A stretch of DNA of 64,000 nt from Hypanus sabinus (taxonomy: Eukaryota), in contig NC_082714.1 in assembly GCF_030144855.1 (NCBI RefSeq), positions 94,736,001-94,800,000 of the forward strand, in the 5' to 3' direction. The position numbers and the translations under genes are program-made. Positions within the stretch are counted from its first letter, which is position 1, and each line of letters opens with the position of its first letter. The notes beneath the pieces are model-generated. The model saw nothing but the letters and a program-made list of their open reading frames with translations, made no database searches and had not been told where the DNA came from. This document shows, piece by piece, positions 36,652 to 49,290 of the stretch.

Positions 36652-37490
36652 TCCATGACTTTTCCCTGACATCACCTTTTACTGCAACTATCCAATACCT
36701 CGCTGATTTGGTTAAACCCTGATACGCTGGCGCAGCTGATTCATGCCAGAATAGTTTTCCTGAAACACGTGAGAGATGGTATCCAGAGCAGATAGACAGA
36801 AGCAACAAAGCACTATGGGACCAGGTAGAAGCGATTCGGAAGCCCACGAGCTGAAAAAAAAAGTGAACCACAGAGGGAATGGAACTTCTCAATGAAAATA
36901 CAAACGTACATATTCAGGCTTATTTTTAAACGTGTGGACATTTTACATGTGGAATAACCAAGAGATTCGCCGACTACAGTCTGCAACGCAGGAACAGAAT
37001 GACCGGATCGGTTCGTCAAGCTTGGCGTACGGGAAGTATTGGAGCCCTTTCCATCACCAACTTATTGCTGGGGAATAGGAAGACGGAAGGTACGTTAACC
37101 CACTAGATCGGAAAGAAATAAACAGTCACTGAAATAATTCATCAAGGTGTAGTAGGGTACCCAGTCCAGCGTATAGATTTTCTTGGAAACCTTGAATTGA
37201 ACCGTCTGTTGACTACGTGGACCGTCGCAGTGTATTCTGCAAGATTTCACAAGCTAGGCTAGCCGGAAGCTTGGTAAAAGAGTCCAGAGTGAGAGAATCA
37301 GGTGGTGGGTAATATTAGCGATCTTGATGAGAAATGGTTGGCATGCTGCACCTGGCGAAGATACAATAAACAGATCAGTACGTAGCAAGTGGAGGGAACT
37401 TGCAGAGTGTTGCAGAACATTGAGGTCTAAGGACATCATTCGCACAAGGAGTGATGCTGAATCACGTTGTGCCCAAAGTTCTATCACAAC
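36652..37490 (-). pseudogene. Endogenous viral L gene, segment B (conserved region I)
   Basis: LFLSDLVG*R (37092-37112), CGSLFFSARGLP (GHP-motif position, 36837-36845, CTT for CAT), CFRKTIL (about 36747-36767). Confidence 0.65.
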
Positions 37491-38900
37491 GACATAGAGT
37501 CATAGAAAAGTACAGCACAGGACAGGCTCTTTAGCTATCTAGACCGTGCAGAACCATTTAAACTAGCTACTTCACGGCCCTACACCGGGATCATAGTCCC
37601 CTATATCTCTACTGCCCTTCTACATTATGAAAGTTCTCTTAAACTTTACAATCGAGCTTGCATGCACCATTCGCACTGGAAACTCGTTCCACACTCTCAG
37701 GACCCTCTGAGTAAAGAGACCTTCCCTCATTTTCTCTTAAACTCTTCACCTTTAATCCTTAATTCATGACCTCTATTTACAGTCCCACTTAACTTCAGTG
37801 AAAAAAGCATGTTTTCAGTTAGACTGTCTCTACCCCTCATCAATTTGTATATCTTTTATCAATCTTCTAAGTTCCAAAGAATTAAGTGTTAACCTATTCA
37901 ATCCTTTCTTAAACCTCAGATCATTCAGATAGGGAAGCATCCATAATTAGGCCTCTTCGATCTCCTTTACAACTCCGATATAGCGTCCCATCTCCAGAAG
38001 TCATTACTTGGATTCATGAAAGCCAATATGCCACAGACATCTTTACGACCCTATCTGCCTTTGACGCCGTTTTCAACGAATTATGGATCTGTATTCCCAG
38101 AACCCACTGTTTTACCACATTCCTCAGTGCCCTGCCGTTCAATGTGTAAGAACAAACCTGGTTGGTCCTACCGAAGTGCGACATCTCACACTAGACTGCA
38201 TTAAATTCCTTCTGCCATTATTCCGCTGATTTTTCCAGCTGGTCAAGAAACCGGTGCAAGCCATGATGTCCTTCCTCGCTATCCACTACGACCCCAATCC
38301 TCGGTGCCATCTGCACATTTTCTGATGCAGCTAACCACATTATCAGTCTGGTTCCTGATTGATATGACAAATAATAACGAACCCAGCACTGATCCCTGCC
38401 ACACTACGGTCGTCACAGGCCTTCTGTCAGAGATGTAACCGTCTACTAACACACTCGGACTTCTCCCTCAAAACCAATGTCTAATCCGATTTTCTATGTC
38501 CTCTTGAATACCAATTGACTTAACTCTCTTGACCGAACTCCCCTGCGGGACCATGTTAAATTTCATGTAGGCAACATGCGCTGCCTTCATCAACTTCCTG
38601 CTAATTTCATCTCTCGGAATACCTTTCTCAGTTCTGATGTCAGGCTCACCGGCCAATAGTTCCCCGGTTAATTTGGCAGGCACCTCCTCCTCCTCCATAA
38701 TCTGCATGTGATCCACGAATTTGATGCAGCTTTGCCTCACTTCTACGGACTCTATACCCGTCTACTGAGTAAATCTCCCCTATCACTTTTGGCTCCACAA
38801 TTGGATTGCCATTCTGATCTTCGAGACTTCTGTTCCTTGCAATCCTTTTACTCTTAACGTATCTATAGAAATCCTTAGGTTTCTCCTGCACCTTGTCTCA
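37491..38900 (-). mobile_element. CR1 LINE, 5'-truncated with internal deletions
   Basis: 3' tail CATAGAGTCATAGAAAAG; ORFs 38468-38740 and 38646-38891 with CR1 motifs. Confidence 0.85.
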
Positions 38901-39299
38901 GCCTGAAATCTTTCAGCAACTAAGGATACACAGAACTATCAGAGAGAGAACTTCACAAATGCACATAAATTGGCTGAATTAGATCACATCTGAATTGCTC
39001 ATCATCTTCCCCAATCGCTCAACACTTCAACCCCCCTCCAGCTCGCCCCCACGAACAGAAGAGACAGATATTGTGTCCACATTGTTTTCAAATCCGTATC
39101 TAGTCTTTCAAAGTGATTGCGTCTCCTTTCTCTAACTCCGTAGAGTTTGGGGACTTTCCGTGTCTCAAAGCCAAAGTCAAAATAAGTGCTTTATCAAGAT
39201 ACACATTTTCTCAATCTAATTTGATATTTTTACGGGCATTCATAGTAAGTACTAAGACGAAAAATGCTGCACTCAACACAATGGACAAACAATGTGCAA

Positions 39300-41735
39300 A
39301 AGACAAAAAAAACAACAATTTGGGGGCATGATCAGTACTTGGAGATATGATGTGGTGGCCATTATAGAGACTTGGATGGCTCAGGGACAGGAATGGTTAC
39401 TCCAAGTGCCTGGTTTAGGATGTTTCAGAAAGGACAGCGAGGGAGGCAAAAGAGGTGGGGGCGTGGCACTGTTCAACAGAGATAGAGTCACGGCTGCACA
39501 AAAGCTGGACGCCATGGAGTGCTTGTCTACGAAGTCTCTGTGGGTGGAGATTAGGAACAGGAAGGTGTCAATTACTTTTGTTTTTATAGGCCACCCAATA
39601 GTAACAGGGATATCGAGGAGCAGATAGGAAAACGGATCCTGGAAAGGTGTAATAATAACAGAGTTGTCGGGATGGAAGATTTTAATTCCCAAATATCAAT
39701 TGGCAAGAGGTTTAGATGGAGTAAAGTTTGTTAGCTGTGTTCAGGAAAGTTTCTTGACACAATGTGTAGATAAGCATACAAGTGGAGAGGCTTTACTTGA
39801 TTTGGTATTGGGAAATGAACCTAGTCAAGTGTCATATCTCTCAGTGGGAGAGCATTTTGGATATATTGATTATAATTCTATCTCCTTTACAATAGCATTG
39901 AAAGATAGGAACAGACAAGTTAGAAAAAGCGTTTTATTGATGTAAGGGGAATTATGAGGCTATCAGGCAGGAAATTGGAAGATTAAAATGGAAACAGATG
40001 TTTTCAGTGAAAAGTACGGAATAAATATGGCAAATGTTCAGAGGATACTTGTGTATAGTTCTGCATAGTTACGTTCCAGTGCGACAGGGAAGTTATGGTA
40101 GGGTACAGGAACCGTGGTGTAAAAAGGGTGTAATAAATCTATTCAAGAAGAAAAGTGTAGCTTACAAAAGGTTCAGTGAGCTAGGTAATGATAGAGACCT
40201 AAAAGATTATAAGGCTAAAAGGAAGGAGCTTAAGAAGGAAATTAGAAGAGCCAGAACGCGCTGTGAGAAGGCCTTGGCGGGCAGGATTAAGGAAAACCCC
40301 AAGGCATTGTACAAGCATGTAAAACCCAAGCGGCTACGACGTGAAAGAATAGGAACTGTCAAGTGTGACAGTGAAAAAGGGTGTATGGAAACGGAGGGGA
40401 TAGCAGAAGTACTTAATGAATACTTTGCTTCAGTATTCACTATGGAAAAGGATGGAAAAGTTATGATTTGCAATAGACTAAAAAGCTTGAGAATGTCGAT
40501 GTTAAGAAAAAGAATTGCTGCAGATTTGGAAAGCATCAAGTTGTATAAGTCGCGGCGACAGGATGAGATGCACCTCAGGCTACTGAGGGAGGCGAGAGAG
40601 GAGATTTTTGATCCACTGGAGACAGGTGAAGTTCCGGACGTTTGGAGGGTTGCGAATGTTGTTCTTTTAGTCACGAAAGGGAGTCGAGCTAGCCCAGTAA
40701 ATTATAGACCAGTGAGTCTTACCTCAGTGGTTGGTATATGGATGGAGAAGGTGGACTGCATCAGGAATCTGTTCTGGGATGCTTCTTCTTCATGATTTTT
40801 ATTAATGACTTGGATGAGGAAATAGAGGGATGGGTTAGTAAGTTTGCTGATGACACAAAGGTTGGAGGTGTTGTAGATAGTGTGGAGGGCCGTCAGAGGT
40901 AACAGCGGGACATTGATAGGATGCAAAACTGAGCTGAGAAGTGGCAGATGGAATTCAACCCAGATAAGTGAGAAGTGGGTCATTTAAGTAGGTCAAATAT
41001 GATGGCAGTATTAATGGTAAGACTCTTGGCAGTGTGAAGGATCAGAGGGATCATGGGGTCCGGGTCCATAGGACGCTCAAAACGCGGGTTGACTCTGTGG
41101 TTAATAAGGCGTATGGTGTATTGGCCTTCATCAATCGTGCAATTGAATTTAGGAGCCGAGAGTTAATGTGCCAGCTATATCGGATCCCGGTCAGACCCCA
41201 CCTGGAGTAGTGTGCTCAGTTCTGATAGTCTCACTACAGGAAGGATGTGGAAGCCATAGAAAGGGTGCCAAGGATATTTGCAAAGATGTTGCCTGGAATG
41301 GGGAGCATGGCTTAAGATAATACGTTAAGTGTAATCGGCCTTTTCTCCTTGGAGCGACGGAGGATGAGAGGTGACCTGATGGACGTGCATAAGATGCTGA
41401 GAGGCATTGAACTTGTGGATAGTCAGAGGTTTTTTCCCAGGACTGAAATGGTGGCCACAGGAGGACACAGGTTTAAGGTGCTCGGGAATAGGTACTGAGG
41501 AGAAGTCAGGGGTAAGTATTTTACTCAGAGAGTGGTGAGTGCCTGGAATCGGCTGCCGGCAACGATGGTGGAGGCGGATACGAAATAGACTTTTAAGAGA
41601 CTTTTGGATAGGTACATGGAGCTTTAAAAAATAGAGGACAATGGGTAAGCCTAGTAATTTCTAAGGTAGGGACATGATCGGCGCAACTTAGTGAGCCGAA
41701 GGGCATGTATTCCGCTGTAGATTGTCTATGTTCTG
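39300..41735 (+). mobile_element. CR1 LINE (endonuclease to 3' UTR, internally deleted)
   Basis: ORFs 39292-39627 (YDVVAIIETW), 39664-39945 and 40034-40795 (NYRPVSLTS); 3' UTR to about 41735. Confidence 0.93.
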
Positions 41736-41909
41736 ACTTCAAATACAACAAAGAAAAAGGAAACAGTGATTCATAATAATGAAGATATACGTATTAAATA
41801 TCAAGAAAATGCGTCCACAGTTTGTGGAGTCACTTCATTTTTGGGGTAAGGAAAACTGATTCAAGTCATCCCCTCTTCTTCAAGAGCTTGAGGTTTAAGG
41901 GTAATAATT

Positions 41910-43300
41910 AATAATTCTGCCTCTACCTCCACTACAAGCACTACATTCTAGGCATCAACAACTCTGTGTAAAGAAACATGCTCCTCATCTCTCCTTTTAA
42001 ACTACCCCTCTCAGATTAAAGACATGCCGTCTGTTGTTAGATATTTCAACTCTGGGAAAAGTTACTATGCTTCTACTCTATTAATGCCGCTCATAATCTT
42101 ACGCGCCATTATTAAATCTCCCATTAGCCTTAGGCGTTCCAGAGAAAATAAAGCAATCTGTATTTGCTCTCGTTATAATGCATGCCCTCTAATCAAGGTA
42201 ACATCCTGATAAACTCCGTGTGCACCTTGTCCAAAACATTGATTCCCTTCCTGTGACTAGAACTATATACAGTACTCCAAAAGAGGTTTAACTATATTTT
42301 TGCAAAGCTGCAACATAACTTCCTGACTTCTGAACTCATGGATTTATCGGCTGATAAAAGCGAACATTTCATATGCTTTCTGAACCAAACTTTCAGGGAG
42401 CAATTTTTAGGGAGCTATGAACTCAGATCCCAAGATCGCTCTAATCATCAACTGATAAAGATCTTGTCATCAAAACTTCCTCTTTGCTTTCGACCTACAA
42501 TCGTACGACACTTTGCATTACATTCCACCTGTCATTTCTCCGCCCATATCTGCAAGTGTTCTATATTCCGCTGAATTTTTTGCCAATCTTCTTTACTATT
42601 CACAACAGGATCAATCTTCTTATCGTGTAGAAACCCCTACACGTTTTTATTAACATCATATAAAGCCATCGCAAACACCAGAGAACCAAGGGTAAATCTT
42701 GTGGACCGCCGCTAATCGCAGGCTTCCAGCTAGAATGTGGCCCTCCGACTCCTATACTCCATCTGTTAAAGGCAAGCTGGTTTTGAATCCAGCTGGCCAA
42801 TTCACTGTGGATCCCATCATCCTTCCTCTTCCGGATGAGCATCCCATGAAGGACCCTTGTCAAATGCCTCACTAAAATTCATTCACATAACTTCTACAGT
42901 TCTCCTTCATCAAACACCCTCGTCGTTTCGGCAAAAAAAAACACCTAAATAAACTTACTAAGAAATTACATGCCCCATCCAAACCTCTGTCGGTTCTCCC
43001 TAATTAATCCATGATTTTCCAAATGTTCAGATATTCATAAATGAGACTCACCAGGCTATAGTTTGCAGGATTATCCCTTGTTCGATTCTTGGACAACGGA
43101 AAAACATTGCATAATCGCCAATCTTCCATGACCTCTGCTGTTGCTAGAGAACACAAATATATTGGTTAAGGCAACAGCAATCTCTTCTCATGCATCTCTC
43201 CATCACATGGACTGTATACGACAACCCCTAGAAACATCTTCACCTTAATGCGTTTTGAGAAACCCAACACAAACTCAAAATGTCCTAACATTGAGTACAA
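41910..43300 (-). mobile_element. Old, degraded CR1
   Basis: Decayed 3' end and RT sequence resembling the other CR1 copies. Confidence 0.7.
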
Positions 43301-43379
43301 CTGATCTCCCTATCCTCCACGTGTTTGTTCACAAACTTCTATCGTGTCTTTTTTTTTTTTTTTTTGCAATGTCAGTTAC

Positions 43380-44170
43380 GTGCTGAACCCAGGACAGATC
43401 CTCTGGAATGATAACGTCGAGCGATTTAAAGTTGCTTGGACTCTAGACCTCTGTAACTCGATGAGGCTATCTCTGGTTTCCACCTCCAGATGTCAATAAG
43501 CAGCTTCGTGTTATTGCTGCCATTGATCGATAGCATGTTGTTGTGGCACCATTCAGCCAGATAGGGATCCTGTCCATATGTGTCAGTCTTGTCCTCCAAG
43601 GAAGCAAAGACCACACGATCAGTATGGGGAATTGGATATGACGAGCAGAGGGCATGGTGTATGTTTACTAATCTGTCAGTGGTAGCGTTAAACGCAGGAG
43701 TAAAACTGCACAGTTTCGAAGAAAAATGGACATGTGCTTGGCAAATGGGTTTAGGAGAGGTAGGTAACCTGGTTGGCATTGATGATTCGGAACAAAGGAT
43801 CCGTTTCCAATCTGTATAACTATGTAGATCAACCGCGTTTGGTATTAAACAGGGACATGGTATTATTGTGTTAGCTCCTTATCCGAGGTGCAACAAGGCC
43901 CAATTAAAAATCTTATTTATTATAGACACTGATAGGTAAGGACGTTGAAAGACGATCGGTTACAAAGAGGACGCAAAGTCTCTATCCTCTAAATAAGCGA
44001 AGGAGAACAGGATGAACAACTGTGGTGTGGCCCAAATCACTCAGAGGCTGTACATCTATGGAACATTCTCCACAGAACTCCGTAAATGTTCTGTTGCTCC
44101 ACAGATTCCAGCGTCGGAAGGAAAGATATTTGTGAACAACGTGATTCGGTGTTGCAGGAATCAAGCAAGT
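43380..44170. mobile_element. Rex1/Babar-type fragments
   Basis: ORF 43426-43779 YLAEWCHNNMLSINGSNNTKLLIDIW (decayed WC..NNL.LN..KTKELIVD) and a second piece about 43980-44170. Confidence 0.65.
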
Positions 44171-44669
44171 TGAAACTCTGCGATTGATCAGCTATGAGCT
44201 TCAGTTACAGAGGAACAGGTACGCGAGGCCCAAAACGTGATCGCATTTATTCTCTTGTGTGTCCAGGATTGAAATGATTTTTACACATTACCGGACACGG
44301 AGCTGACGAAATCGGCGCCACATTACACCTCTCCCTCTCTCATATCCCTCTACTCTCTCCTCTCTTCCTCGTTCCTTCTATATCTCTATATCTCACACAC
44401 AAACCCTCTGCCCCTTCTCAGTCTCAGCTCAGTCATTCTGATTCTCTTCACACTTTTACACTTTAACATTCACCTACCACCTTCTCATCCTCCGCCTCTC
44501 CCCTCTTCCCTGACTTACTCTTCTTCTCTTTCCAATGTATCACTTTAAGAATTGCAATTTTACAGTCACTTCATCATTTTCATCGTTTGTAATAATAAAT
44601 GTCAATTTCAGCAAAGTTTTTTTTCAAAGATTTAACTTCACTATTTGTATCTTCCTGCTAGTACCGTTT

Positions 44670-45090
44670 CTCAGATTTAGAGTTCTTTTAAATGTTCATA
44701 AGACCTCATCCACACTAACACCCTCCACCCCCAGGACCTGTGACCAAGCCACCTGCACAGGATCACAAACAAGGCATAAACAGCACTAATTTGAGTAAAT
44801 GTCGCTAAATAAAGGCTGTGCCAACACCGCCCTGTTCCCCATGGGGATATGACGAAGTTCACAGCTGCATCAGTGTTATTTACAGATACTTACTGTTCGA
44901 CCCTGTGAACCACTATGTGGCAGGGGTTAACTGGACTGACCAGTGTCTGACAATCAGGACAGGACTGAATTAAAAGGACCATGCCCAGATCATTAATGAC
45001 ACGTTTTAGAGATCCCAATCCAGTCTCCCAAAATCCAATGAGAGGGGATCTTTAGAAAAAAAGTCTTGCACAACACAAAAATGCAGGATA
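44670..45090 (+). promoter_or_regulatory. Conserved upstream non-coding block of IgL cluster 2 (candidate enhancer)
   Basis: Collinear with 15180-15560; GCCACCTGCAC at 44748-44758, TAAATAAAGGCTGTGCCAAC at 44806-44825, CAGCTGCAT at 44862-44870. Confidence 0.55.
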
Positions 45091-45514
45091 TTATAAGATA
45101 ACATTTCACAAATAAAAATAAGACAAGATGCTTCCTAGTGTCGTCATTACACAAAAGTTGATTCAGAATCACACGACCCGAGCATTTATTTGGAAGAATT
45201 TTTTTACCATTCATTGCATAATACGCAACCGTCTGTGGACAAGTGGTGTCGGAATGCACGGTGGGTGGTGGTACACTAAACGCAAGATAAGAGAAGAGAG
45301 GGGGTGATGTCCCACACAGGGCCCACTGTCAGTGAGATCGATCATTAGAGTGAGGATAAAAATCAGAATAAGGTTTAATATCAATGTCTTATGTCGTAGA
45401 ATTTGATGTTTTGCGGCAAGGTTCAGTACAGTGAACGGCAAAGCATGGAAACAATTATAAATATTTAATACATACAATTCCAAATATATTAAAATTACAA
45501 TAAAATAAAAATAA

Positions 45515-47000
45515 TATAGAAACATAGAAAACATACAACACAATACAGGCCCTTCGGCCTGCAAAGTTCTGCCGAACATGTCCCTACCTCAGAAATTACT
45601 AGCCTTACCTGTAGCACATTATCTTATATAGGTATCTCCGTATACCTATCTAAAAGCCTCTTAAAAGACGCTATCGTATCTGCCTCCACCGCCGTTGACA
45701 GCAGCCCATTTCTCGCACACCACTCTCTGAGTAATAAAAACTTACTTCTGACATCTCCTCTGTACCAACTCCCCAGCCCTATAAACCTGTGCCCTCTTGT
45801 GGCAATCATTTCAGCCCTGAGTAAAAGCCTCTGACTATCCAAACGATCAATGCCTCTCATCATCTTGTATACCTCTATCAGGCCATCTCTCATCCTCCTT
45901 CAATCCAAGGAGAAAAGGCCGGGTTCCCTCAACCTATTCTCATAAGGCATGCTCCCCAATCCAGTCAACATCCTTGTTCATCTCTTCTGCACCCTTTCTA
46001 CGACTTCCACCTCCTTCCTGTAGTGAGGCGACTAGAATTGAGCACAGTACTCCAAGTGGGGTCTGACCAGGACCCTATATAGCTGCCACATTAGCTCTCA
46101 GCTCCTAAATTCATTTGCACGATTGAGGAATTCCAATACAACATACGCCTTCTTAACCACAGAGTCAAAATGCGTATCTGCTTTGAGTGCCCTATGGACT
46201 CGGATCCCAAGATCCCTCTTATCCTCCACACTGCCAAGTCTTACCATTAATACAATATTCTGCCATCATATTCGCCCTACCAAAATGAACCACTTCACAC
46301 TTATTTGGGTTGAACTCCATCTGCCACTTGTCAGCTCAGTTTTGCATCTTATCAAAGTCCCGCCATGATCTTTGACAGCCCTCCGCAGGAAGAGTAAGGG
46401 TCCCAGAACAAATCCCTGAGGCACTCCACTGGTTACCGACCTCCATGCAGAATATGACCCGTCTACGACCATTCTATGCCTTTCTGGATCCACAAAGCAA
46501 TTTCCCCTTGGATCCCATGCCTCCTTACATTCCCAATCAGCCTTGCATGGGGCTCCTTATCAAAAGTCTTGCTGAAATCCATATATTCTACATCTACTGT
46601 TCATCAATGTGTTTAGTCACATCCTTAAAAAATTCAGTCAGGCTCGTAAGGTACGACCTGTCCTTGACAAAGCCATGCTGACTACTCATAATCATATTAT
46701 ACTCCCTAAATGTTCATAAATCCTGCCTCTCAGGATCTACACCATCAACAAACCAACCACTGAGGTAAGACTCACTAGTCTATATTTTCATGGGGTACCT
46801 CTACTCCCTTTCTTGAATAAAGGAACAACATCCGCAACCATCCAATCCTCCGGAACCTCTCCCATCCCCATTGATGATACAAAGATCAATCTCCTCCCTT
46901 GCCTCCCACAATAGCTTGGGGTACATTTCGTCCGGTTCCGGCGACTTATCCAACTTCATGCTTTCCAAAAGTTCCAGCACATCCTCTCTCTTGTGTAGTA
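45515..47000 (-). mobile_element. CR1 LINE, 5'-truncated
   Basis: ORFs 45624-45893 and 46266-46493 (SVTSGVPQGFVLGPLLF). Confidence 0.9.
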
Positions 47001-48774
47001 TTTGATAATTTGGTAATAAAATTAATGTATTTTATATATAAGATATATTAACTTATTATATAAATAAATTCATAAAACATGCAAATTACCTATTTTATTT
47101 ATAATTCCATAAATAAGTGGTACAAAAGACGAAGATTTTTAAAAATTAGATAGTGTTCAGTGTTCGTTTTGAAATCTAATGGCAAGGTGGGGAAAACTGT
47201 TCACTAAATGCTAAGGGTTTATCTTCAGGCTCCTGGACATCCTCTCCTACAGTAGTAATGAGAAGAGAATATATCTTGGGTGATGGGGGTCCTTTATCAT
47301 TGATGCCACCTTTTTGAAGCAGCTTACACCTACTGCCTCGCCAGCCGGGTAAAGCACAGGCCCGGGGAGAGAGTGTGAGAGAAGTGGTTCATTTCCACTT
47401 CTGCTGCGATTCTGCAGAACAGCGGGTAATGCAGGCTCCGTGGACTCGTCAAAACCACTCTGAATCCAGAGTGGTCTGACCCAGCAAAACATTAGTCCCA
47501 GTAAGCCCAAGCTCAACACTACAAGTGGTGTTTCTCTTGGATAGGACAACTGTATCTCACAATAACATGCACTAAATGCGGGAGAAGATCAGCAGGTTAG
47601 ACATCATATTTTGAAAAGTGTAATGAATCGACGTGTCAGTCTGAGACCCTTCCTCAGAACTCCTGATGGAAGATCTCTGCCAGAAACGTCAACATTTTAT
47701 TCGCTTGGCTCGAAACGTCGGTTGTTCACTCATTTACATGAATGCAGCCTGACTTGCTGAGAAACACCAGCATTTTTCTTGTGTTACTCTCGATTTCCAG
47801 CATATTCAACCTCTCTTACGTGTACTTCACAGTGTTGGTTCCGCGAGCCATTGTCAGCGGACTCTTTACATGATACAAAGAGGCACAAAGATGTGTGCAC
47901 TGTTCACGGCGTCATAGCTTCCAAATTGAAAGTGCTTACAGTAGGGATTACACCACTAAGTACGTTCAACAGAGCCAAATGCCACTTTAGACCAGAAGTG
48001 CGATAAAAAGGTATCTTCAATATTAAATCATTCTTGGTGTGCAGGACTACCAATGCGGAGAGGATGCTGGCTGGATTCTGGAATGCTTAATGCGACAGCA
48101 TTTGGAAGAAGTTGGCTTTGAAGAAGCCTGAAAGCCAACATTCATTAAGCTTTTGATCGAGGATGCGATTGCTCATATGTTCCAGAGTTCAATGTATTGT
48201 AGCATTCACAGACTGAATGATACTAAATACAAATGCACCTCTCAAGTGAGAAAGGAGAATGATACAGAACAAGAATGAGAGTAAAGAATAAAAAGAGAAA
48301 GACTGAAAGATAGATCGAGGGAGGAGAGGTGGGACCCTTCCAACAGGCTGCAATCTGCACAGTTAGGCAGTCAAATTTAAAGGTAATAATTGTAAGAACA
48401 GCAACTACAGCGTGTCAGAGAGAGGAACAAAGAAAGAAACAGAGCGAGAAAGAAGTAGAGGCGATTGCGAGTGATAATTGTGTGTCACAGTGGTGAGGCT
48501 ATTACTCACTTTCCACTAGATGTGCTTGAGTATGGCGCAAAGTATTTCGCTTTATTTGGGCAGATTGAACGTGATTTAGAGGCAGTGTGACTATCAGTTT
48601 CAATCCCTAATCCCGATTTCCGAATTAGGGAATGTGATTTGTGATTCCGCAAAATAAAGTTGGCGAGTCCTGAGTCATTCCTGCACTGATTCACCTCGAA
48701 CAATAACCACACCTTGCACAAGAAATGATTTCAATCTCTAAAACGTCAAAGGTAATAAATGTCACAAGACCATG

Positions 48775-49290
48775 TAGAAAAATGCTGCGCCGAACATGTA
48801 CTTACTTTAGAAATTACCTAGGGTTATATATCCCTCTATTTTACTAAGCTCCATGTACCTATCCAAAAGCCTCTTAAAAGACTCTATTGTATCCGCCTTC
48901 ACCACTGTCGCCAGCAACCCATTCCAAGCACTCGCCGCTCCTAGTGTAAAAAAATTTACCCCTGACATCTCCTTTGTACCTGCTTCCAAGCTCCTTAAAT
49001 CTGTGCCCTCTCGTATTAGCCATTTCAGCCCTGGGAAAAAGCCACTGACTATCCACACGATCAATGCCTCTCATCATCTTATACACCTCTATCAGGTCAC
49101 CTCTCAGCCTCCGTCGCTCCAAGGAGAAAAGGTCAGTTCATTCAACCTATTCGCATGCTCCATAATCCAGGCAATATCCTTGTAACTCTCCTCTGCACCT
49201 TTTCCACATCCTTCCAATAGCGGGGTGACCAGAACTGAGCACAGTACTCCAAGTGGGGTCTGAACAGGTTTCTACATAGCTATAACATTA
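48775..49290 (-). mobile_element. CR1 3' fragment
   Basis: ORF 48874-49122 (ERRRLRGDLIEVYKMMRGIDRVD). Confidence 0.9.

Noticed and set aside
37925-38030. TSGDGTLYRS as a viral capping-domain HR motif
   Set aside because: The DNA aligns with CR1 RT 3' sequence carrying an internal deletion.
15640-48492. CACAGTG heptamers at 15640, 47828 and 48486 as recombination signal sequences
   Set aside because: No ACAAAAACC-like nonamer at 12 or 23 bp spacing and no adjacent V or J segment.
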